Positions 8,842-17,539 of a DNA stretch of 47,458 nt are shown here, piece after piece. The notes under the pieces are model-generated. The model worked only from the letters and a program-made list of their open reading frames with translations. It did no database searches and was not told where the DNA came from. The DNA comes from Planctomycetales bacterium. GTDB taxonomy: Bacteria > Planctomycetota > Phycisphaerae > SM23-33. Positions within the stretch are counted from its first letter, which is position 1. Each line of letters opens with the position of its first letter. Location of the stretch: assembly GCA_030592655.1 (NCBI GenBank), contig JAUVIQ010000002.1, positions 1 to 47,458 on the forward strand, given 5' to 3'. The position numbers and the translations under genes were made by a program.

Positions 8842-9058
8842 CCCACGGTCCTATGGGGATTCTTCGGTAATCCGGTATTCCCGATGCCCGCTGTCTGTAT
8901 TACAAATACCATATATTACATAAGTATGACAACTATCATGCAGATGTCAAGAATAATCTTACAGAAAATATCTACAAATAGTTAGAAAGTACGGATTGAC
9001 GGGTCTATACTATTGGGCGACTTGGGGTTAGGGATTCAGAACGAGGGAGAAAATAATT

Positions 9059-9856
9059 ATGAGCCTCGGCGAATTAATACGTAACCGGCGTGAAGAAAAA
9101 CAACTCACGCAGGACCAAACGGCGGCGCGGGCGGGTATCTCTAAGCAGTACCTCTCGAACATTGAAACCGACCGGATAAAGAACCCCCCTTCCGACGGTG
9201 TGCTTGAGCGATTGGAAGTCGAACTGGAGTTCAAAGCGGGTCAGTTGCGAAAACTGGCCCACATGGCGAGAACGCCGATGGACGTCCGTGCAGAGCACGA
9301 ATCCCTCACCGCCGAGGTCGAAAAACTCCGAAGCATCCTGAAGCAACTACAACTACTGGCGGGACGGAAAAAGTCCACGCAGAGCAGGACGAAAATAAAC
9401 GCCATCGCACGCCAATTGAAATCCGCGAAATCCAACGTCTCGGACGCACTGTCGGCCGGAAGGACTGTTCCCATTATAAACAAGGTCTCTGCCGGGTATC
9501 CGCACCACTTCACCGACCTGGATTACCCGCCCTCGGTGGCCGACGAATACATCCGGTGCCCCGACGTACACGACGCGCAGGCATTCGCCGCACACATCGT
9601 CGGCGATTCGATGGAGCCGAACTATACAGAGGGAAACCTGGTAATTTTTTCGCCCAATACGCAGGTCAGGAGCGGGGACGACTGCTTCGTCCGCTTCAGC
9701 GCCGACAGTTCCACCACGTTCAAGCGGTTTTACACCGCCGAGGGCGGATCGATACGCCTCCAGCCACTGAACGACAAATACCCCGCCGAGATATACGAAC
9801 GCGAGGATATCGACGGCCTCTGGCCTGCGATTATGCGGATCGAACGAATACGATAG
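9059..9856 (+). CDS. XRE-HTH / S24-peptidase LexA/CI-like autocleavable repressor
   Basis: The N-terminal HTH is LTQDQTAARAGISKQYLSNIE. There is an Ala-Gly site in KVSAGYP, a catalytic Ser in GDSMEP and a Lys in TTFKRFY. It is divergent from the HTH-ATPase-TerL operon. Confidence 0.85.
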   Translation: MSLGELIRNRREEKQLTQDQTAARAGISKQYLSNIETDRIKNPPSDGVLERLEVELEFKAGQLRKLAHMARTPMDVRAEHESLTAEVEKLRSILKQLQLLAGRKKSTQSRTKINAIARQLKSAKSNVSDALSAGRTVPIINKVSAGYPHHFTDLDYPPSVADEYIRCPDVHDAQAFAAHIVGDSMEPNYTEGNLVIFSPNTQVRSGDDCFVRFSADSSTTFKRFYTAEGGSIRLQPLNDKYPAEIYEREDIDGLWPAIMRIERIR

Positions 9857-9930
9857 ACGTGAGGAAACTGAATCGTCGCCGTTCCGGTCGAAGACCCGCC
9901 TGGGCGGGCGACGGCTAAACGAGAAGATCA

Positions 9931-11664
9931 ATGGACAGAAAAATCGAACACGAAACGGATGTATGCGTAATCGGGGGCGGCGTAGCCGGTCTGGTTGCGG
10001 CGATGTCGGCGGCAAGGGGCGGAGCAACGGTCGTACTGATGCACGATAGGCCCGTCCTGGGCGGAAACTCCTCCAGCGAGTGCAGAATGCACATATGCGG
10101 AGCCGACCGGCACAATCAAATTCCTAACGTCCGCGAGACCGGAATCCTCGAGGAACTTCGCCTGATAAACCTCCGCCACAACCGGCATCGGAGTTACAAC
10201 ATCTGGGACACCGTCCTCTACGACGCAGCCCGACGTCAGGAAAACCTTACGCTGATGCTGAACTGCTCGTGCTGCGAGGCGGAAATGGACGGGGGGAAAA
10301 TCGTCTCGATCACAGGATGGCAGACGACCACGCAGACCTGGCAGAGAGTCCGGGCGAAGATATTCATCGACGCCAGCGGCGACGCGATACTCGCGCCGCT
10401 GACCGGAGCAGCCTTCAGGATGGGGCGCGAGGGGCGCGACGAGTACGGCGAATCGTTCGCCCCGGCCGAGGCCGACGACTGCACGATGGGAATGACGCTG
10501 GCCTTCGCCGCACGCGAGCACGACACCCCCCAGTCTTTCGAGCCGCCGGTCTGGGCGAACCGATACGACCGATGCGAGGACCGGCCCGGCAAGCACACAT
10601 GGTGGTCAATGGGATACTGGTGGATCGAATTGGGCGGGATGGACCACAGCATCCACGACACCGAAAAAATCCGCGACGACCTGATGGCGGTTGTCTATGG
10701 CGTCTGGGACCACATAAAAAATCGCAGCGACCACGGAGCCGACAATTGGGCGCTGGAGTGGGTGCAGTTTCTCCCGTCCAAGCGCGAATCACGGCGATAT
10801 ATCGGCAAACACGTGTTGACGCAGGACGAAATCACCGACGGTGGGAAGTTCGACGACGTCGTCGCCTACGGCGGATGGACTATGGACGATCATACGCCCG
10901 AAGGCTTTGGCTGTGCGAAACTGGGACTTCCGCCCACTATATTCAATCCCGCACCGTCGCCTTACGGTATCCCCTACGGCGTGCTGGTCGCGCGCGATAT
11001 CGAGAACCTCGCCTTTGCCGGAAGGTGCGCCAGTTGTACGCACATGGCGATGTCTTCGACGCGAGTGATGGCGACTGCGACGGTGATGGGACAGGCGATC
11101 GGGACGGCAGCGGCAATAGCGATAAATCGAGGCATCGCACCGGCCGACGTAGCCGAGCACATCGACGAATTGCAGCAAACGCTGCTGACAGACGATGCTT
11201 ACCTGCCGGGCGTGCCCCAGAAATTCTCCGAGGCGACCATGCAGTCTGAACTGAAAGCCTCTTCCGGCGAGCCGGAACCGCTGCGCGACGGGATAAACCG
11301 TCCCGTCGGCGACGATGAGCACGCATGGCGCTGCAGGGTCGGTGATACATTTGAGATGCACTTCAGCGCCGCTGCCGACGTTCGATGTCTTACCATCATC
11401 GCCGACAGCGCTTTGGACCAACTTATCCAGTTGAGCCACTGGGACGATTGCGGCGAACTGACCGCCCCGCCGGAATCGCTCCTGATGGACGCCCGCGTCG
11501 AGGTCCTTACCGCCGGTGAGTGGTCGCCCGCCGGCGAGATCCGCCGAAACTGCCGGCGTCTTATCAGAATCCCAATTGACAGAAAAATCGAAGCCGTCAG
11601 AATAACCATAGAAAAAACCTGGGGCGCCGAAGAAACCAGACTATTCGCAGCATATGTCGAATAA
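9931..11664 (+). CDS. FAD-dependent oxidoreductase
   Basis: N-terminal dinucleotide-binding motif DVCVIGGGVAGLVAAMSAARGG. The ORF is 577 aa. Substrate is unknown. Confidence 0.75.
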   Translation: MDRKIEHETDVCVIGGGVAGLVAAMSAARGGATVVLMHDRPVLGGNSSSECRMHICGADRHNQIPNVRETGILEELRLINLRHNRHRSYNIWDTVLYDAARRQENLTLMLNCSCCEAEMDGGKIVSITGWQTTTQTWQRVRAKIFIDASGDAILAPLTGAAFRMGREGRDEYGESFAPAEADDCTMGMTLAFAAREHDTPQSFEPPVWANRYDRCEDRPGKHTWWSMGYWWIELGGMDHSIHDTEKIRDDLMAVVYGVWDHIKNRSDHGADNWALEWVQFLPSKRESRRYIGKHVLTQDEITDGGKFDDVVAYGGWTMDDHTPEGFGCAKLGLPPTIFNPAPSPYGIPYGVLVARDIENLAFAGRCASCTHMAMSSTRVMATATVMGQAIGTAAAIAINRGIAPADVAEHIDELQQTLLTDDAYLPGVPQKFSEATMQSELKASSGEPEPLRDGINRPVGDDEHAWRCRVGDTFEMHFSAAADVRCLTIIADSALDQLIQLSHWDDCGELTAPPESLLMDARVEVLTAGEWSPAGEIRRNCRRLIRIPIDRKIEAVRITIEKTWGAEETRLFAAYVE

Positions 11665-11758
11665 TTTTGCAGGCTGGGTGCCGTGGCCGCTGTGTTTGCC
11701 TGTCCCCAGGGGGCGGCCACGGCACCCATCTCGATAACGAATATTTGAGGAGCGAACC

Positions 11759-12169
11759 ATGAGCAAACTGACGCGAACCGCATTGGCAATCGAGAAGGAC
11801 CTGCTGGGCCGGTTCGATAAGTGGATGACAAGCCACGGCTACTCCAACCGTTCCGAGGCGTTGCGCGATTTGATACGCTCTGCGCTGGTGGAGGCAGAGT
11901 GGGAAAAACCCGCATCGAAGGTCATCGCCACGCTGTCGATTATCTACGACCATGAGCAGCGCGAACTTCCCCGGCAACTCACTGCCCTCCAGCACGCCGA
12001 CCATCACGCCATACTTTGCAGCCAACATGTACACCTGGACCGACACAAATGCCTGGAGGTAATCGTCATGTCCGGTACAACCAGGCAGTTACGACGGATA
12101 TGCGACGCGATTACCGCAGCCAAGGGCGTACTGGCAGGGAAACTGACGCTACTGAGCCGGAAGTTGTAG
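11759..12169 (+). CDS. nikR: Nickel-responsive regulator NikR
   Basis: The ribbon-helix-helix N-terminus includes NRSEALRDLIRSAL. The C-terminal metal site QHVHLDRHKCLEV is comparable to E. coli NikR LHVHINHDDCLEI (recalled from memory). Confidence 0.85.
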   Translation: MSKLTRTALAIEKDLLGRFDKWMTSHGYSNRSEALRDLIRSALVEAEWEKPASKVIATLSIIYDHEQRELPRQLTALQHADHHAILCSQHVHLDRHKCLEVIVMSGTTRQLRRICDAITAAKGVLAGKLTLLSRKL

Positions 12170-12171
12170 AT

Positions 12172-12714
12172 CTACCTATCAACGACAATAACGGTGTTCC
12201 GAGGTCCCAGTGTTTCTGCCTCCGGGTCTTCCGTTTTCGGCGAATCCCTGCCTCCATCCACAAGAATGCTCGGTTGGGCAAATTCTCCATTCCTCTGCCT
12301 ATCTAACCGCGTCACAAAACACAGCGCCGCAATCAGCACGGTCAGCGCAGCCATGGAGACAAGATAAACAATCAGCACCCGGGCAAGTCTGCTGCGGGCG
12401 AGGTTGTCGCCGGCTGGTTCGCTGCGAGCAGGTTCGCTCTGCGATTTACAGATCGCCCGGCGGACATAAAACACGCCTTTGGGACTGGTCTCACGAAGAC
12501 TTGTCAAATCCGCCTGGGGTGAGTCTCGTCGAACCGCCTGCCTGATACCCAGACTCGAAACGTGCCGGCGCGCGATACTCGCCAGAACGTCTTCATCGCT
12601 CTCACTCGCCGAACGAAAAGGAACTAAAGGCGAACCGCCTGTGGTGAGCCTCGTCGAACCGTAGCGCCGGAGCGAATCCCAGGCAGGTATGTAGTTGTCA
12701 TTTTGTTCTGTCAT
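12172..12714 (-). CDS. Tail-anchored membrane protein, paralogue 1
   Basis: I trimmed the start to MTEQNDNYIPAWD by alignment with paralogue 2 (MADQKGNYVPDE). The two share EDVLASIARRHVSSLGIRQAVRRDSPQAD. A single C-terminal hydrophobic helix is VLIVYLVSMAALTVLIAALCFV. Confidence 0.55.
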   Translation of the reverse strand: MTEQNDNYIPAWDSLRRYGSTRLTTGGSPLVPFRSASESDEDVLASIARRHVSSLGIRQAVRRDSPQADLTSLRETSPKGVFYVRRAICKSQSEPARSEPAGDNLARSRLARVLIVYLVSMAALTVLIAALCFVTRLDRQRNGEFAQPSILVDGGRDSPKTEDPEAETLGPRNTVIVVDR

Positions 12715-12763
12715 GATCATCAGGTGATTATACAACCTGACACTCCTTAGCCGAAAGTTATAA

Positions 12764-12786
12764 ATGGTGGATTGGTGGATTGGTAA
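12764..12786. repeat. Tandem (ATTGGTGG)-like octamers, about 3 copies
   Basis: Read directly: atggtgg attggtgg attggtaa, in the spacer between the two paralogues. Confidence 0.85.
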
Positions 12787-12836
12787 AATGATTCCCGATT
12801 CTGTTTTCCCGTAGGGACACTTTGTGTTTTTGCTTT

Positions 12837-12871
12837 TCCCTGGTCCCTAATCCCAAGTCCCTAGTCCCTGG
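12837..12871. repeat. Tandem (TCCCWRG)x5 heptamers overlapping the stop of paralogue 2
   Basis: Read directly: tccctgg tccctaa tcccaag tccctag tccctgg. The stop codon (cta, 12861-12863) lies inside the array. Confidence 0.9.
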
Positions 12872-13340
12872 TCAAGAAGTACAGCGCCACAGCTAATCCC
12901 GTCAGCGCAGCGACAACGGCGAGGTGAATAATCAGCCTGAGGGCAGGTTCATCTCGTATTGATTTGTGCATCGACTTCCGGCGAGCTCGACGAACCAGGA
13001 ACACCTCCGGCGAATGGGGCGAACGAAGGTCTATCGGCTTGCGCACAGGCATTTCGACTTCGCTCAATACAGGCATTTCGACTTCACTCAATACAGGCAT
13101 TTCGACAGGACTCACCACGGGCGGTTCGGCGGGGCTCACCACGGGCGGTTCGACGGAGCCCACAGGCGGTTCGGACGACACCCAATCCGCCTGCGGTGAG
13201 TCTTGTTGAACCGTCTGCCTGAGGCCGAAACGGGAAGCATGCTGACGCGCAATGCTCGCCAGGACATCATCATCGCCTTCATCGGCTGGTCGATGGGGCG
13301 CTTTCTCGTCAGGTACGTAGTTGCCCTTTTGGTCTGCCAT
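12861..13340 (-). CDS. Tail-anchored membrane protein, paralogue 2, with internal peptide repeats
   Basis: DDVLASIARQHASRFGLRQTVQQDSPQAD is shared with paralogue 1. Internal repeats are EPPVVSP x2 and VEMPVLSE x2.5. The C-terminal helix is LIIHLAVVAALTGLAVALYFL. Confidence 0.6.
   Translation of the reverse strand: MADQKGNYVPDEKAPHRPADEGDDDVLASIARQHASRFGLRQTVQQDSPQADWVSSEPPVGSVEPPVVSPAEPPVVSPVEMPVLSEVEMPVLSEVEMPVRKPIDLRSPHSPEVFLVRRARRKSMHKSIRDEPALRLIIHLAVVAALTGLAVALYFLTRD
13045..13180. repeat. Two families of 24-nt tandem repeats inside the coding sequence
   Basis: acaggcatttcgacttc(g/a)ctcaat occurs about 2.6 times (13045-13108). (g/a)ctcaccacgggcggttcg(g/a)cgg occurs twice, plus a degenerate copy (13109-13180). 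Confidence 0.85.
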
Positions 13341-13415
13341 GGTTATTAATGATGATTATACCGATTGTCAAACGCGAAAAGGTATGAAAAATCTATCTTG
13401 TCAAAGGAGCCGAAA

Positions 13416-14060
13416 ATGAATAACGCCCACATCATTAATCCGATCCTGATTTTAGTGCTGACTTCTGTAATGATTCTCTACATAACCGGGTGCCGGAACC
13501 ATTCGTCCACCAGTCCCGATAGTCAGGTCGTTCATTCGCCCCTGGCCGGTAAAAAAATACTCATGGTCATCGCTCCGAAGCAGTTCCGCGATGAGGAACT
13601 TTTTGTTCCGAGGGAGTATTTTCTGGTTCGCGGCGCGAAAGTAACGGTAGCAAGTTCAGCAACGGGTGAGATTCGCGGAATGTTGGGGCGGACGTTCTCG
13701 CCGGATGCGAAACTCGCCGACGTTTCGGCTACAGACTTCGACGCGGTTATTTTTGTCGGAGGGGGCGGCGCAGAGGCGTATTTCGACGATCCGGTCGCCC
13801 ACAAACTCGCCCGCGACGCGGACGCCGGCGGGAAAGTCCTCGGCGCTATCTGCATCGCGCCGGCCATTCTCGCCAAGGCCGGCGTGCTGAAAGGGCGTTC
13901 GGCGACGGCATTCGCTTCGGTCCGTGAAATACTCGTATCCGGCGGGGCAAGGGTTATGGATTCGGCATGTGTCCGGGAAGGTCGGATCGTTACGGCGGAC
14001 GGACCGGCAGCGGCTGAAGAATTCGCCTCCGACGTCGCCAAGGCGCTGACCGCAAACTAA
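13416..14060 (+). CDS. DJ-1/PfpI-family protein with lipoprotein-like N-terminus
   Basis: I trimmed the start to ATG 13416 (AAAGGAG upstream). The signal/lipobox-like N-terminus is ILVLTSVMILYITGC. The nucleophile-elbow Cys is in GAICIAPAILAKAG. Confidence 0.8.
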   Translation: MNNAHIINPILILVLTSVMILYITGCRNHSSTSPDSQVVHSPLAGKKILMVIAPKQFRDEELFVPREYFLVRGAKVTVASSATGEIRGMLGRTFSPDAKLADVSATDFDAVIFVGGGGAEAYFDDPVAHKLARDADAGGKVLGAICIAPAILAKAGVLKGRSATAFASVREILVSGGARVMDSACVREGRIVTADGPAAAEEFASDVAKALTAN

Positions 14061-14118
14061 AACCGACGGATAAACCCTGATGTGCATCGGGACGAATCCG
14101 CCGAAACGGACCGGAATC

Positions 14119-14148
14119 GATTCGTGCCGATTCGTGCCAATTGGTGCC
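14119..14148. repeat. Tandem decamers gattcgtgcc x2 plus aattggtgcc
   Basis: Read directly, just upstream of the putative promoter of the GHKL operon. Confidence 0.85.
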
Positions 14149-14156
14149 ACGTCGAA

Positions 14157-14185
14157 TTGACTTGTCCCGGCAATTGTCGTAATCT
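14157..14185 (+). promoter_or_regulatory. Sigma-70-like promoter candidate for the GHKL-dcm-vsr operon
   Basis: TTGACT (14157-14162), a 17-nt spacer, then TAATCT (14180-14185). Confidence 0.4.
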
Positions 14186-14192
14186 CTCGGCC

Positions 14193-14363
14193 ATGCCCGA
14201 CGAGAAAGCGATACTCGCCGCATTGAGAAAGTTTGCCGACGGCGTGACGGCCAAGATAACAACCTTGACCACCGGCGAGCCTAGCGGCAGGCAGTTCGCC
14301 TCATCAGGGGCCTTTTACTTATGGGGACTTTGCCGAGCGCGTCCTCACGATGGAGGTCGATAA
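14193..14363 (+). CDS. Small upstream ORF (56 aa); possibly a leader peptide or a gene remnant
   Basis: ATG at 14193 lies 8 nt after the -10 box. MPDEKAILAALRKFADGVTAKITTLTTGEP looks protein-like, but the rest (SGRQFASSGAFYLWGLCRARPHDGGR) does not. It ends at TAA, 3 nt before the GHKL start. Confidence 0.2.
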   Translation: MPDEKAILAALRKFADGVTAKITTLTTGEPSGRQFASSGAFYLWGLCRARPHDGGR

Positions 14364-14366
14364 CCA

Positions 14367-16436
14367 ATGGCCGCTGAAACACACCAAGTACTTCTTCCCG
14401 GGCGTACGCCGGAAGAACTTGCTCTTACGATCGCCGGGAATATCGTGAAACACCTCGGCGTACAGATGTACGCGGGGCGGCCCGTTCCAGCAATTGCAGA
14501 ACTTATCTCTAACTCATGGGACGCGGACGCGATAAAGGTCAATGTCCGCCTTCCGCTGGATGAAGCTTGGGATCCGACCAACCAAGACCAATTCATTGAG
14601 GTTTCAGACAACGGCAATGGCATGACTTGGGACATGGTTCGGTACGCATACCTTAACGTAGGGCGTGATCGACGCAAGACGGAAAAGACCGACAAATCTC
14701 CGGGAGGCCGCCCACTTCAAGGACGAAAAGGTGTTGGGAAGCTAGCGGGGTTTGGTATCGCCGACACTCTGGAAGTTCAGACGGTCTATAAGGACGCTGA
14801 CTCCAGTGTGAAGGAGAAGGCGCTTATTTGGTTCAAGCTAGATCTGTCGGACATAACGAAAATAGAGCAGGGCCCGGCTCCCGTTGACGTGGTATTCGCC
14901 GGTCCGATTAGCAGGGCTCCTGCGGGTGCGAGAAAGACCAAAGGAACGACGGTTGCTCTGCGGCACCTGCACGAACGGAAGGCCCGGAACGCTGACCGTT
15001 TTCACCATAGCATGGCGCAACGATTCTTGCTCATTGGGCCAAAGTTTCGCGTTCGTATAAATGGCGAAGACCTACGCGAAGAAGACATTCAACTTCAGTG
15101 GAGGGAACCAAAGAACGGCTGGGCCACGGACAACGTTACGGGTTGCGGTCCTATCAAGTACTGGATTGGATTCACCCCGCAGCCACGCAAACAAAACGAA
15201 GGAGAATTGAGCGGGATCCTCATTTACACTAGGGGTAAAATTTCACAGGAGCAGACTTTCTTTGAAATAAGCGGAGGCGTTACCGGTCAGCACGGCCTGC
15301 GCTACATGGTTGGCATGGTGAAGGCCGAATGGCTTGATGCTGGTATTGATGCGCCGGACCACATTGCTACGCCGAGAGATTCGATTGCATGGGAGAGCCC
15401 TGAGGGAACTGCGTTCAAGGAGTGGGGACAGAATCTACTAAAAAAATGCCTTTCTGAATGGGCTAAGTTCCGCGCCTCTCTGCGAGAAAAGCAGATCAAG
15501 GAAGTGAGTCCGGAGTTAATGACCCGTATCGAACGGCTGGCCCCCTCCTATAGAGATGTCGCGCTGCAATTTGTGGACAAGTTCAAGTCGGTGGAGATGG
15601 AACCAACCGAATTCCAGGACATTTTGTCTTGGTTCCTCGACGCATTGGAAAACGCAACCTTACGAAGCATACTCCAAAAACTCAGAGAGACCGACATTGC
15701 GGACCTTCGGCAATTGGACAATCTGCTTTCCAAAATGGAAGTGCGGACTGCCGTAACACTTCTTCAGATCATCGACAGCAATCTTGCTGCAATCGAAACC
15801 CTTGAAAAAATGCACCGGCAAAACGCTAAGGAACGTGGGGTTATCTCTACGCATCTGGAACGGAACCCGTGGCTCATGGATCCGACATGGATGCTCAACA
15901 AGGCCGAAGGACGAGTCGCCACTTGGATCAAGAGGGAGTTTGGGCTTGAGGAAAAGGGGGCGGCTGGAGATGCCGACCGGGCTGATTTCTTCTGCGTTGC
16001 CGTTGGTGGGACGCTGCACATTGTCGAGATCAAACGGGGTGCGCACGTTGCTACGGTCAAAGATGTAAATCAGGCGGATAAGTACCGAAAGTACGTCGTA
16101 AAACGATTTAGCGAGCTGACGGACCATAAGGCGATCAGGTACGCATATGTCCAGAGTCACCTCATCGCCGCCGAGCTACACGATGACGCGCAAAGCATTA
16201 AGGAATCCTTCGCCAACAGCGGTTGGGTGTTCTTCACAACCTGGGATGACCTCATCGAACGAGCGAAGCAGAGTCACAGCCAATTCCGCGAGATTCTTCA
16301 AAAGAGAGCGAAAGAATCCGAGGAATCCTCATATCTTGGGGTGCAGAACGTTTCTGGTGGCGGTGCGAGTGAACCCCAGCCAACAAAGAAGGCCCAAAAG
16401 AAGGCGAAACGCAAGAACAAAGGGCGCAGGAAATGA
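14367..16436 (+). CDS. GHKL (HATPase_c_3/MORC-like) ATPase fused to a C-terminal PD-(D/E)xK (Shedu/DUF4263-like) nuclease domain
   Basis: Bergerat motifs are [12 protein letters not shown] (N box), DNGNGM (G1) and [12 protein letters not shown] (G2). The C-terminal [20 protein letters not shown]...QADKYRKY fits D-x13-E-x-K plus Q..Y. A Lys-rich tail reads [16 protein letters not shown]. Confidence 0.8.
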   Translation: MAAETHQVLLPGRTPEELALTIAGNIVKHLGVQMYAGRPVPAIAELISNSWDADAIKVNVRLPLDEAWDPTNQDQFIEVSDNGNGMTWDMVRYAYLNVGRDRRKTEKTDKSPGGRPLQGRKGVGKLAGFGIADTLEVQTVYKDADSSVKEKALIWFKLDLSDITKIEQGPAPVDVVFAGPISRAPAGARKTKGTTVALRHLHERKARNADRFHHSMAQRFLLIGPKFRVRINGEDLREEDIQLQWREPKNGWATDNVTGCGPIKYWIGFTPQPRKQNEGELSGILIYTRGKISQEQTFFEISGGVTGQHGLRYMVGMVKAEWLDAGIDAPDHIATPRDSIAWESPEGTAFKEWGQNLLKKCLSEWAKFRASLREKQIKEVSPELMTRIERLAPSYRDVALQFVDKFKSVEMEPTEFQDILSWFLDALENATLRSILQKLRETDIADLRQLDNLLSKMEVRTAVTLLQIIDSNLAAIETLEKMHRQNAKERGVISTHLERNPWLMDPTWMLNKAEGRVATWIKREFGLEEKGAAGDADRADFFCVAVGGTLHIVEIKRGAHVATVKDVNQADKYRKYVVKRFSELTDHKAIRYAYVQSHLIAAELHDDAQSIKESFANSGWVFFTTWDDLIERAKQSHSQFREILQKRAKESEESSYLGVQNVSGGGASEPQPTKKAQKKAKRKNKGRRK

Positions 16437-17539
16437 GTGTCCATAGGCCTGTCGCTATAGACCTGTTTGCCGGATGCGGTGGCCTTACTAGGGGTCTCCG
16501 AGACGCGGGATTCCACGTCGCGGCGGCGGTCGAAATCAACCCCATCTCGGCGCGGACGTACAAATGGAACAACCGCCGCACCCGATTGATTGAAAAGGAC
16601 ATCCGCGAGGTGTCCGCCAAGGAACTCCTTCAAGCCGCCGGTAGTAAGCAAATCGCCCTCTTGGCCGGATGCGCCCCTTGTCAGGGGTTCTGTTCCCTGA
16701 CGGCAAAGTACAAGCGAGAGGACCCGCGCAACGAGCTTCTCCTCGTTATGGCTAAACTCATCGGGGAGATTCGGCCCGAGGCGATCATGATGGAGAACGT
16801 TCCCGGCCTTGCGGGCCGAGGGAAATCCATCTTCGACAAGTTCCTGAATGTCCTGCGGCGTCTCGGATACCAGTACGACTGGCGCATTGATCAGATGGCG
16901 GACTTCGGCCTCCCGCAATCACGCCGACGCCTAGTCCTTCTCGCCGGACACGGCTTCAAAGTGGCTTTCCCGAAGGCGTTGTACGCCCGCTCACCAGAAT
17001 GCAATTCCGGCTTGGAACCGTGGACTACGGTGAGAGATGCCATCGGTCACATGGGCGCGCCGGTTACCCTGAGCACGGCGCTCGGTAACGGTGGTCCGCA
17101 GTCGCACAACTGGCACGTGGTTCGAGATCTTCAATCGCAAACCAAGGAGCGCCTAAAAGCGGCAGAACCCGGACAGACATGGTTGAAGGTTAACGAATCA
17201 ATACGCCCGCGTTGCCATCAGAACGGTTACAATGGCTTCACCAACGTGTACGGCAGGATGGCGTGGGACCAAGCGTCACCAACCATCACGGGTGGATGCA
17301 CGACCCCCTGCAAGGGAAGGTTTGGCCACCCGGACAAACGTCGATACACTATCTCCGTCCGTGAAGCAGCGCTGCTCCAAGCGTTCCCGGAGAACTATCG
17401 CTTTGTCACCGACCAGATGGATGCTGCGTGCGACATGATTGGCAACGCCGTTCCGCCCCTGTACGCGAAGTTAGCCGCCAAAGAGGTCCTGGCCGCTCTG
17501 AAGGAACGCAACCATCGCAAGGGGGGCGCCAAACGATGA
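16433..17539 (+). CDS. dcm: DNA (cytosine-5)-methyltransferase
   Basis: Motif [10 protein letters not shown], motif IV APCQGF, motif VI ENVPGL, motif [14 protein letters not shown], motif X GNAVPP. ATGA overlap with the upstream gene at 16433-16436. Confidence 0.9.
   Translation: MSVHRPVAIDLFAGCGGLTRGLRDAGFHVAAAVEINPISARTYKWNNRRTRLIEKDIREVSAKELLQAAGSKQIALLAGCAPCQGFCSLTAKYKREDPRNELLLVMAKLIGEIRPEAIMMENVPGLAGRGKSIFDKFLNVLRRLGYQYDWRIDQMADFGLPQSRRRLVLLAGHGFKVAFPKALYARSPECNSGLEPWTTVRDAIGHMGAPVTLSTALGNGGPQSHNWHVVRDLQSQTKERLKAAEPGQTWLKVNESIRPRCHQNGYNGFTNVYGRMAWDQASPTITGGCTTPCKGRFGHPDKRRYTISVREAALLQAFPENYRFVTDQMDAACDMIGNAVPPLYAKLAAKEVLAALKERNHRKGGAKR

Noticed and set aside
5576-9856. Calling the terminase region an intact prophage
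   Set aside because: No portal, capsid, tail, lysis or integrase genes are present on either side within the window, and one of the three genes is frame-disrupted.
12210-13222. + strand ORFs ending in PP.VSLVEP (12210..12545, 12479..12664, 12959..13222)
   Set aside because: The shared C-terminal peptide is just the reverse-strand reading of the repeated 27-nt motif. The minus-strand proteins have a conserved domain plus a TM helix and are the better coding model.
13365-16436. Read-through fusion of DJ-1, the small ORF and the GHKL gene via the two in-frame TAA codons and the tRNA(UUA)
   Set aside because: The three being in the same frame has a reasonable chance probability. The GHKL ORF has a sensible N-terminus of its own, and a promoter lies between DJ-1 and the small ORF. 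TAA is also the commonest genuine stop in this window.
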